NCBI GenBank assembly: GCA_963666285.1
Contig: OY762711.1
DNA length: 64,000 nt
DNA from: Sedimentisphaerales bacterium
GTDB lineage: Bacteria; Planctomycetota; Phycisphaerae; Sedimentisphaerales; SM23-30
Direction: 5' to 3' (one strand)
This document shows positions 22,347-30,561 of this stretch, piece by piece (positions within the stretch are counted from its first letter, which is position 1; every line of letters begins with the position of its first letter). The notes beneath the pieces were generated by a model that was given only the letters and a program-made list of their open reading frames with translations, was not told where the DNA came from and ran no database searches. Both the position numbers and the translations under genes were made by a program.

Positions 22347-23420
22347 CTATACCTTAAAGGTAGGAAAAAGCTTTCTGAACCTTTCTTCATCTATTTCAAG
22401 GTGACCAACCACAAATCTGAACCTGTATTTTTTCTGCTTATGGTCGAAATAATATGGTTTTTTTCGGCCTACAACTCTAATCCCAATACCTGCCATTCGT
22501 TCCAATAGTTGCCGATTGATGTCATTCGCTATATTTGATGGCTGTTGCCCTTTTCCTTTTTGTAGTTTGAATTCTTTTTGTATATACTTAGTCGTCAAAT
22601 TACTTTCATTATCCAATAACCTATATAGCTTGCTTCCGGTTTTAATAAAAACTTCCTTACATTGACCATCACAAACCAAAGCATATCTATATGCTCCCAA
22701 GCCCAATAGTCTAATTAACTTGAAATCTTCCGGCCAATCTTCCAGATTCTCATCTTTTGGTATCTTCAGACCTTCTTTACTAACTCGTTCATATTCATTA
22801 TCTAAAGCCAATACTACCTCTCTGGCTGTAGCTCCAATCCTGCTATACGACCAGTCTGTAACCGGATAATCAGCCTGCATTGAATCAATCACATCTATCA
22901 TCCAGCCCCAGAAATGCTCATCACCCAGCTTTGCCTGCTCAAGTCTGGGCCACATCTCATCGTGAGCTTCCATGACAACTTCATCATCTGGATGATCTGC
23001 TCTCGGATCAACCCGGTATTGCCATGAAATATACCCCTGCCTATATCTCCAATATACATCTTTGATAAAGTCAATTGCCGCTACCAGGGCAGAGTTATCT
23101 ACCTTGGTAAAACATCTGGCAATATCCTTACCGGCAAAAACCTTCTTCCAGTCAACGAATTTACGGCAATTATCATCAATTATCGATAAACATGCATGTA
23201 ACTGGGAATAATATACCGGAAGCATATCAGTATGAATAATAAAACCGCCATCTTCCTGAATGGCATTGTCCTTTATCTGGGCAGGTAATAGCTCTGATGC
23301 CGCAAATACTCCCTGCTGGACAAAATAATAAAACTTATGCTCATCGGAATACCTTTCGATCTGTGAATACTGACCTGCAAGATATTCCTCTCTGAACTCC
23401 TCAAAACTTTGTTCAAACAT
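22347..23420 (-). CDS. Hypothetical protein
   Basis: 357-aa ORF co-oriented within the element; no motif recognised. Confidence 0.7.
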   Translation of the reverse strand: MFEQSFEEFREEYLAGQYSQIERYSDEHKFYYFVQQGVFAASELLPAQIKDNAIQEDGGFIIHTDMLPVYYSQLHACLSIIDDNCRKFVDWKKVFAGKDIARCFTKVDNSALVAAIDFIKDVYWRYRQGYISWQYRVDPRADHPDDEVVMEAHDEMWPRLEQAKLGDEHFWGWMIDVIDSMQADYPVTDWSYSRIGATAREVVLALDNEYERVSKEGLKIPKDENLEDWPEDFKLIRLLGLGAYRYALVCDGQCKEVFIKTGSKLYRLLDNESNLTTKYIQKEFKLQKGKGQQPSNIANDINRQLLERMAGIGIRVVGRKKPYYFDHKQKKYRFRFVVGHLEIDEERFRKLFPTFKV

Positions 23421-23456
23421 TAAATATCTTTCCGTAAATACAACTCTTAATATTAA

Positions 23457-24611
23457 CTAACCTATGTTCTTTGCTATTTCTTTTGCCTTCTCCCGGTCCC
23501 GTTCGGCATATATCTGGGTAACATCTGCCCTGGCATGGCCTAACATTACCTGCGCAGCTTCCACTCCATATTCCTTGCGAATAACAGTACCAGCATTATG
23601 TCTCAACTGGTTCGGACTCCACTTTTCCACTCCGGCTTTTTCACATGCCCTGTGGATTGCCTTGCGATATGAACTGGTAGTATAATGATTGCCTATTGTT
23701 CTGGCAGTCTTGGCCTTACCTGACTTTTGATCCTCACGACGCTTACTATCTGCATTTTTCTGTTTAGCTTCAGCATTGGCTTCTTTCGGGGAAAAAATAT
23801 AATCAGCTTCAAATCTGCCAAACAAAAAGGGTGTCAATATCTCCTGGGCTTTCAAACCAAGATAGATTTCCCGGTCCATATCTCGATGTTGGTTCTTATG
23901 TTTCTCAGGTTTATAAATCCACACCTGCTCAGACCTGTCTATATCCATAATACGAATTATAACAATCTCCCCTGGCCTTGCGGCAGTATATAACTGTAAC
24001 TGGATCATTGCCCATACCTGCCTGCTCAGGTAAGGTTTTATTGCCTCAATATCATCAACTGGAACAGGCTTAACATCTTCACCTTCTGGAATATCAGGAC
24101 AACGGCCCTTTTTCAATGGGATCATGGTAGCAAGATAATCTGCCATCCCCTTTACTATCAGCTCTTTTGACTCCGCCCATCGGAAAATTGACCTGACTCT
24201 CATAACCTGCTTATTGATAGATGAACGCTGCCAGCCTTTTTCGATCATAACCTGGCGAACTGCCTCAAGCTTTTTAGGGCCAAACTCATTGGCATTGGTT
24301 GATCCATACAAGCTTAGAAGTATCTTTACTACAGTTTTATAATTACCATACTCTGTTGACCCTGAATAATTCAACTTAGCGTACTTGAGGTATCTGGCGG
24401 CCATTTCCTGAATTGTAATCGCTGAATCACCTGTCGGAAGGAATTTACCACCTGACAACCACTCTGCGATAAGAGCTTTGTATTTTTCCTTTGCTTCCTG
24501 ACCATCCGGGCCTAAGCTAATACGTTTACCGTTTAGAGTAACATAAGCATAAGTTTTGCCAGATGAATTATTTTTGAGACAATATGATGGCAGACGGGTC
24601 TTTGACACCAC
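23457..24611 (-). CDS. Tyrosine integrase (planctomycete type)
   Basis: N-terminal arm-binding-like AYVTLNGKRISLG; ARPGE, PNQLRH, LGHARADVTQIY. Confidence 0.93.
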   Translation of the reverse strand: MVSKTRLPSYCLKNNSSGKTYAYVTLNGKRISLGPDGQEAKEKYKALIAEWLSGGKFLPTGDSAITIQEMAARYLKYAKLNYSGSTEYGNYKTVVKILLSLYGSTNANEFGPKKLEAVRQVMIEKGWQRSSINKQVMRVRSIFRWAESKELIVKGMADYLATMIPLKKGRCPDIPEGEDVKPVPVDDIEAIKPYLSRQVWAMIQLQLYTAARPGEIVIIRIMDIDRSEQVWIYKPEKHKNQHRDMDREIYLGLKAQEILTPFLFGRFEADYIFSPKEANAEAKQKNADSKRREDQKSGKAKTARTIGNHYTTSSYRKAIHRACEKAGVEKWSPNQLRHNAGTVIRKEYGVEAAQVMLGHARADVTQIYAERDREKAKEIAKNIG

Positions 24612-24829
24612 ACAACCTCCTTGCTGATAATGATTTATACATATACATTATATTATCAATCCGATTATACCTTGTCAAGACCATGGAAAACAGTGTAAAT
24701 GAGTCTTCACATATATTTAAATGCCGACATTTTTACACAGCATTTCCAAAGGCCACGCATTCAATACCCCATATAAATATATTAACAACAGATATTTACA
24801 TATCTTTAATATATTGCCACCATAACAAT

Positions 24830-24947
24830 TTTCCTAAAACAAACTACTTTCCTACTTAGGAAAATTATTTATTTTAGGAAATTCGCTATTGATACTTTTC
24901 TAAAAATACGATATATCCTATATAGGAAATTGATATTTTTTAGGAAA
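24830..24947. promoter_or_regulatory. Duplicated symmetric operator upstream of the AbiEi-like gene
   Basis: Two 52-bp units at 24830-24881 and 24896-24947 built from TTTCCTA/TAGGAAA half-sites. Confidence 0.75.
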
Positions 24948-24953
24948 TTCACA

Positions 24954-26027
24954 ATGAGACTAACAGAACAAGAAATAATAGATAAGCTAAACACCCGAAT
25001 AAATGAATGCCTGCCGCTTTCATTAATTGAGGCTGCTCAGGAAGGTAATTACAATACCGATGCTGTAATAGACTTTGCAATTCAAGATGGGCCAAGAATC
25101 AAGGCCGCTATTGAGCTGCTCACCACCGCAACACCAAAGGCAATTATTGAGAAAATCAATACCTTAAAGAATGCTTTAACAGAAAACAGTATGCAGGAAA
25201 TTGTTCCAATGATTGTTGCGCCATACATTGGCAACAAACAGGCAGAGCTACTATCAAAAAACAATATATCATGGATAGACTTATCCGGAAATATGCTTAT
25301 CAGTATCCCTCCCAATATTTATATTGAAAGAACCGGAAACCCTAACAAGTATCCCGATACAGCCCCAATCAAAAAGATATATCAAGGTACTTCATCGCTG
25401 GTAAGCAGAGCATTACTGCTGAATCCAGATGGATTTTCTTCTTTGAATCAGATAGTTGAATTCATTAATGAAAGAAGCGGAAAAATTACTACCGGAACAG
25501 TGTCAAAAGTGCTAAAGTCACTGGAAGAAGAATTACTGATAAACCGAACCAGATCAAACATCTTGGTGAAACAGCCTGAACAATTGCTCGAAAACCTAAC
25601 TGAAGGTTATGCAGAATATGCCAGGAGCAAAAAAGAGAAAAGATACAAATACGAAGTTGAGAATATCGATTCCCTTTGTAAGATATTATCTGATTCGGGT
25701 ATTGATTATGCTAATTGCGGCTTCTATGCGGCCAGGATCAAAGGTTTTGGCATGACCGGCCAGATTACAATATTTATTAAATCAATAAATGACATAATTA
25801 ATATATCAGAAGATAAACAGAACCTAATATGTCCGGATGAAGAATTTGGACAATTGACATTCATTGAATCTAAAAATCCTTGTGTCTGGTTCAACCTGCA
25901 AGGCAACCCAAGCGATAGAATAGTAGATGATCTGGAGCTATATTTAGAAATGGTTAACGATAGGCCAAGAGGCCCCAAAATAGCTAATCAGCTTAAACAG
26001 GTCATTTTAGGGAGAAATAATGGATAA
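24954..26027 (+). CDS. Type IV TA antitoxin, AbiEi-like
   Basis: VAPYI...ISWIDLSGN, wHTH-like GTVSKVLKSLEEE, LYLEM...PRG; overlaps the downstream nucleotidyltransferase gene. Confidence 0.7.
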   Translation: MRLTEQEIIDKLNTRINECLPLSLIEAAQEGNYNTDAVIDFAIQDGPRIKAAIELLTTATPKAIIEKINTLKNALTENSMQEIVPMIVAPYIGNKQAELLSKNNISWIDLSGNMLISIPPNIYIERTGNPNKYPDTAPIKKIYQGTSSLVSRALLLNPDGFSSLNQIVEFINERSGKITTGTVSKVLKSLEEELLINRTRSNILVKQPEQLLENLTEGYAEYARSKKEKRYKYEVENIDSLCKILSDSGIDYANCGFYAARIKGFGMTGQITIFIKSINDIINISEDKQNLICPDEEFGQLTFIESKNPCVWFNLQGNPSDRIVDDLELYLEMVNDRPRGPKIANQLKQVILGRNNG

Positions 26028-26850
26028 CATGATAATTCAACAACTGGCAGAGCTGGCAAGAGCCTGTGAGAAAAAAGATATCAAACCTATTATTTGTGGC
26101 GGGCTTGGTGTTTATCTCAGTTATTGTAATAAAGAAAACGAAATACAAAATATGATCCGGGCTACCCAGGATATAGACTTGATGCTATGCAAAGAAGACT
26201 TGCTTCAAGAATCCAAAAGAAACGCAATAGCTGAAATAATAACAGATGAGCTTAAATATAGTGTTCAACCTGAAAAACAACTTCACGGCTTCAAAAAAGA
26301 TGACAATATGGAACTGGACATCCTGGTTCCGCCCATTGATGAGCTGACCAAAAAGAATTACAGATTAAGAATTGTGAAATCTATACTGCACGGTCACATT
26401 ACAGAAGAAGCAAAGTTCATTGATGAGGACTTGAACACTATCGAATTATGCAATATTTCAGAAGAATATCGCACCAGTGACATTAGATTATATACACCAT
26501 CTCCAACAAATCTTATGATAATGAAGCTATACGCATTTAACGACAGATGCCAGGGAAAACGCCATGATCCTGATCGGGCTATGGCTCATGCCTGGGATGT
26601 TTATATAATTATCATGCTATCAGATATCGCTGATCTAAAGCCAGGGCAAAAGTTTGTTGCCAGACATTCAGAATCTGAAATACTTCAGAAAACCAAAAAC
26701 ATTGTAGAGAACCATTTCTCAAAGCCTGAACAGCTCGGATGGCAAACGATTCTAAGCAGTTCAAACTTTTATCCAGATACAAGCATGCAGGAAAAAGAAG
26801 AACAGCTCTACCAAGCCACTGCCAGGATTAAGCGATGGTTTGGAATATAG
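26020..26850 (+). CDS. AbiEii-like nucleotidyltransferase toxin
   Basis: ICGGLG, RATQDIDL, MKLYA, HAWDVY. Confidence 0.72.
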   Translation: MDNMIIQQLAELARACEKKDIKPIICGGLGVYLSYCNKENEIQNMIRATQDIDLMLCKEDLLQESKRNAIAEIITDELKYSVQPEKQLHGFKKDDNMELDILVPPIDELTKKNYRLRIVKSILHGHITEEAKFIDEDLNTIELCNISEEYRTSDIRLYTPSPTNLMIMKLYAFNDRCQGKRHDPDRAMAHAWDVYIIIMLSDIADLKPGQKFVARHSESEILQKTKNIVENHFSKPEQLGWQTILSSSNFYPDTSMQEKEEQLYQATARIKRWFGI

Positions 26851-27033
26851 ACTGACCAATAAGGCTCCTTAATAATAAACCTTACGGACTAATTCATAAA
26901 GTACACTGTGTACCCAACACAGCGTAAGTCATTAAAAACAAATGCAAAACATACACTATTGACAAACAATACAGAATCGTTATAATATTTATAAATAAAG
27001 ACTTACAATTGATATAGCTCTTAGAATATTGCC

Positions 27034-27075
27034 CTTACAAGCAGGGGGTCACAGGTTCAAGTCCTGTACCGCCCA
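27034..27075 (+). repeat. 3' half of tRNA-Val(TAC), att-site remnant; not an intact tRNA
   Basis: CTTACAA GCAGG GGGTC ACAGG TTCAAGT CCTGT ACCGCCCA: anticodon loop to acceptor strand; no D-arm or 5' strand upstream. Confidence 0.88.
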
Positions 27076-27083
27076 TTTGATAC

Positions 27084-27118
27084 AAAGCTCTGTAATTATG
27101 ATAGTTACAGAGCTTTTT
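27084..27118 (+). terminator. Terminator-like hairpin following the tRNA fragment
   Basis: AAAGCTCTGTAAT...GTTACAGAGCTTTTT; conserved in the copies at about 42218 and 63944. Confidence 0.7.
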
Positions 27119-27287
27119 CTTTTTATATCACCCCCTGTTTTTATTGGTTTATATGCCTCTGCGCATATATAGCGCACTTTTGATCTGACTTTTGAGTGGG
27201 GAGATGGTTGGGAGGGAATAAATTACCACTGTCCCTAATTATCACATTTGACATAAAACAATCCACATCACCAAATATATAAATCAG

Positions 27288-27992
27288 TTGAAAACTAAGG
27301 ATATTTTTATAGACTTAATGGATGGTTTAAATTTATCCTGGTCGAAAATATATAGGAGTAGTGTTATGTTGCCTAAATATTGTATTTTCATATTATCTCT
27401 CATTTGCATATGCGGATGCGAGAAGGAACCATCTGATTATCAAATAGATGAAATCGATAATACTGTGGCAGGAATGGAAAAATATGAATATCTATGCTCA
27501 GATGGCGGACCTTTTATCGTTATACCAAAGTCATTGGGAACAAAATGGAAAGGACATAAAATAAACATATTTGATCCTTTAGACCCAAAAACGGATTATG
27601 GAAGAGCCTGCTCAGTTGGGGATACTTGGGGTAAGATTAAAGTTGGTGACGGTGAAGCACTTGTCTTTGCTGATCCACCAATGATCTCATGGAAGTATTT
27701 TGAAGATAAAGAATATCTTGAAATATATGTTTTGAAGAATTGGAAAACAACGGATATGGACAGTATTCTTGACGGAGTAATTTCAAATACCAATATTGAT
27801 AGCTTCAAGGATACAAATACTACTATCCAAATTGACAACTCTGGCTTAGTTCTTCTTTTCGCAGGTGATAAGGTTGGAGATGCCATGTATGGAGAATCAT
27901 TCTTATCTGTTAATTCTGGTTTGTACAAAATCTTTATCGCTAATTTCAAAAATGAAAATGAAGAAGTCGATACATATCGACTAATGAGATAA
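27288..27992 (+). CDS. Imm21-like immunity protein, probably a lipoprotein (true start likely at MLPKY)
   Basis: SDGGPFIV...W.G...DYGRACSV...VGDGEALV; hydrophobic signal ending ICGC. Confidence 0.6.
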   Translation: MKTKDIFIDLMDGLNLSWSKIYRSSVMLPKYCIFILSLICICGCEKEPSDYQIDEIDNTVAGMEKYEYLCSDGGPFIVIPKSLGTKWKGHKINIFDPLDPKTDYGRACSVGDTWGKIKVGDGEALVFADPPMISWKYFEDKEYLEIYVLKNWKTTDMDSILDGVISNTNIDSFKDTNTTIQIDNSGLVLLFAGDKVGDAMYGESFLSVNSGLYKIFIANFKNENEEVDTYRLMR

Positions 27993-28041
27993 TTTTTTCT
28001 TTGTGGGTCTGTTAGATAATTAAAACAGGATATTTAACTCT

Positions 28042-28076
28042 TCACTCCCCCATCATCCTGTCGAGAGCTATGACCG
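28042..28076 (-). repeat. Integrase 3'-tail repeat, copy 1 (last codons only)
   Basis: TCACTCCCCCATCATCCTGTCGAGAGCTATGACCG; minus strand reads VIALDRMMGE*. Confidence 0.85.
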
Positions 28077-28155
28077 ACTATTGTTTGTAAAAACAAATCA
28101 TGTATTGTTAGATTATGAACCAAAGACATCATTTAAGAATTGGAGTCAGGCTAAT

Positions 28156-29160
28156 ATGTCCTTCATAAACGATGAAAAAGAACGCTATGCCAAACTAAAG
28201 TCAGTTTTATTCTCCCCTGAAGCTCAACCAGATGGAACTTATAATAAGAAGTCATATCCCTTTTGCCTGGCAGATGGATATTCTCAAGAAAATCTTAATG
28301 AGTCTTTCAGAGATGAAGCTATTGAGTATTTCAAGGAAAGAAAAATCACCTGGCATGATGGAATTGATTTAGATGGAATAAAACACTGTCTCCCCAGCTG
28401 CCACCTCTGCTGCTCTCAGACAATGTGTGTAAATACATTATTCCCTATGACCACTGACCCGGAACTATTTAAAAATGTCTTTCAGGTTTATTTTCCTGAA
28501 ATGAAAGAAGCCATTCCTTTTCATACAGATCAGTCTTTATCTGATGGGAGCTACCCATATATATGTTTTGAATTTGTAGGAGAAAAAACTCATTTTGAAG
28601 GTGAAAAGAAATGGCCGCAACGAGGTGCAAACTGCACCAGTCTTGATTTTGCTTTCTTCTTCAGGAGATATGACGGTAAAAAACAACTGGTCCTGGGAGA
28701 ATGGAAATACACAGAAAAGTATAAGAGCCATAAACTACCGCCCAAAAATGAAATAAATCAGACACGATGGGATACCTATAAAGATGATTTCAAAATATGG
28801 AAGACAGATAAACCTGACATACCTACCTATGAGAATTATTTCGTTGAACCTTTCTATCAACTCATGAGACAAAGTGTTTTAGCTGATAAAATGCAGAGAG
28901 AGAAAGAAATGGACGCTGATATCGTTGTCCACTTGCATATTTCGCCAAAGGCTAATAGAGAATTTTCAGATACTTTTACATCTCCAATATTTTCTAAATA
29001 TGGTAACACCATCTTAGAAGCATGGAGAAGCATATCCCCCAAGGATAAATTTACCAGTATCAATTCTGAAAGTTTAATGACAGTAATTGAACAAGTCGCT
29101 CAAGATGATAAGAAATCATGGGCGGATTGGCTTCTTAAGCGATATGGATGGTGGAGATAA
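28156..29160 (+). CDS. Putative PD-(D/E)xK restriction-endonuclease-like protein (PGN_0703-like)
   Basis: HLCCSQTMCVN, TSLDFAF, GEWKYTE, YQLMRQ. Confidence 0.6.
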   Translation: MSFINDEKERYAKLKSVLFSPEAQPDGTYNKKSYPFCLADGYSQENLNESFRDEAIEYFKERKITWHDGIDLDGIKHCLPSCHLCCSQTMCVNTLFPMTTDPELFKNVFQVYFPEMKEAIPFHTDQSLSDGSYPYICFEFVGEKTHFEGEKKWPQRGANCTSLDFAFFFRRYDGKKQLVLGEWKYTEKYKSHKLPPKNEINQTRWDTYKDDFKIWKTDKPDIPTYENYFVEPFYQLMRQSVLADKMQREKEMDADIVVHLHISPKANREFSDTFTSPIFSKYGNTILEAWRSISPKDKFTSINSESLMTVIEQVAQDDKKSWADWLLKRYGWWR

Positions 29161-29256
29161 TCCTAAAGCTGATAGGTGCCACCCATCAACGTACTTTCGA
29201 TAGACTTGCTTACTACATTTAGATAATTATATTAATTCGAAATAACGGTAAATATA

Positions 29257-30303
29257 ATGAAGAATAATTTAACTAAAATACCACTTAGAGAAGCATGGCC
29301 AAATGAGGCATATGACTTTACTCCATACCTTGCAAAAAGAATAGATGATCTGGGTCAGAAGATTGGCATGGATCTTAAGGTAGAAGGTGTTGAGGTAAAT
29401 GCTGGTGGATACTTTGTTGACATATTAGCTAAGGATAACAAAGATGGTAAAATTGTAATAATAGAAAACCAACTTGCTAGAGCAGATCATAAACATTTGG
29501 GGCAAATATTGCTTTATTGCGCACATTTCGATGCTCATAAAATAGTGTGGATAGCAAGATCTTTTAAGCCCGCCCAACATAATGCACTTTTGGCTTTGCA
29601 AACAAATGGTGTTATTGATGAATTTCATCTTATTTGCTTAAGTGCTTATCGAGATGAGAGAGGAAACATTTATCCTCATTATTGTTCACCCGAAAATATA
29701 CAAGGTGAGCCTGACATGCCAGATATTGTGAGTATTGAAGTCAGTAAAACTATGAATTCACCCCACTGCAAAAGTAGTTTTTGGTTTTGGCTAAAACAGA
29801 AATTTTGTATAAAATCAAAAAAAACGAAAAATCCTATTAATAGAGACAAAATCAATAAAGTTGATGGTGCAAAAGACTGCTTTGAAGAAGCTTCTAGTGG
29901 CTCTAGTGAAATAGTAAAAAATGAAGGAAAGTCATTGGAAGAATGGATTCAGGAAAAACCAATAGCAACTGCTTTGCTATTCGAATTACTTAATCTAATG
30001 CGAACTATTAAAGAATTTGAAAATATCAGCTTAATTTCAAGAAAATCTCATATTGATACTTCGCAAGGAAACTTTATTAAAATTCAACCTAAATCTGGTT
30101 ATTTGTATTTTTCAGCTAATGAATTTCAAGATAAAAACCATATAATTGAAAGAGCCAAAAAAACAGGTATTTATGAAGATGATAATCGTGCAAAAAAACA
30201 TAGACATAGAATTTATCTAAGACATAAAAATGCTGTCAAAGATAATGAATCACTATTAAGAGAAATTTTATCTGAAGCATACTATGACATGTTAAATAAT
30301 TGA
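29257..30303 (+). CDS. NucS/DUF4268-associated nuclease-like protein
   Basis: WPNEAYDFTPYL, VDILAKD, IIENQL, DHKHLGQILLY. Confidence 0.6.
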   Translation: MKNNLTKIPLREAWPNEAYDFTPYLAKRIDDLGQKIGMDLKVEGVEVNAGGYFVDILAKDNKDGKIVIIENQLARADHKHLGQILLYCAHFDAHKIVWIARSFKPAQHNALLALQTNGVIDEFHLICLSAYRDERGNIYPHYCSPENIQGEPDMPDIVSIEVSKTMNSPHCKSSFWFWLKQKFCIKSKKTKNPINRDKINKVDGAKDCFEEASSGSSEIVKNEGKSLEEWIQEKPIATALLFELLNLMRTIKEFENISLISRKSHIDTSQGNFIKIQPKSGYLYFSANEFQDKNHIIERAKKTGIYEDDNRAKKHRHRIYLRHKNAVKDNESLLREILSEAYYDMLNN

Positions 30304-30310
30304 AAAAGAC

Positions 30311-30561
30311 TCACTCTCCCATCATCCTGTCGAGAGCCATGACCGCCTGTTTTTTATTCTGGTTGAGTATCCTGGATATAGAATTCCATGGTCGTCACTA
30401 TCGAGGAATGACCCATGAGTTCTTTTAAGGTCTGGGGAGGACAATGGAGATGCATATTGGAACCATAGCCCTTTCTGAGTGAATGGAGATTGAGTTTTTT
30501 ATGGGTTTTGATCCCTGCCTTTTTACAGTATCGCATGAAAAGATCTAAGGCAGAACCCATT
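30311..30561 (-). pseudogene. Tyrosine integrase C-terminal remnant, copy 2 (longest)
   Basis: LNLHSLRKGY...LMGHSSIVTTMEFY; tail NKKQAVMALDRMMGE* lies in a shifted frame. Confidence 0.88.

Larger units (their letters stand above)
17061..27075. mobile_element. Phage-satellite-like integrative element core ending at the tRNA-Val att site; left boundary unresolved
   Basis: Integrases, primase, HTH and TerS-like genes with no capsid or tail genes; att fragment at the right end. Confidence 0.7.

Noticed and set aside
27000..27080. Intact tRNA-Val gene
   Set aside because: Only the anticodon loop to the 3' end is present; the 5' anticodon strand, D-arm and 5' acceptor strand do not pair.
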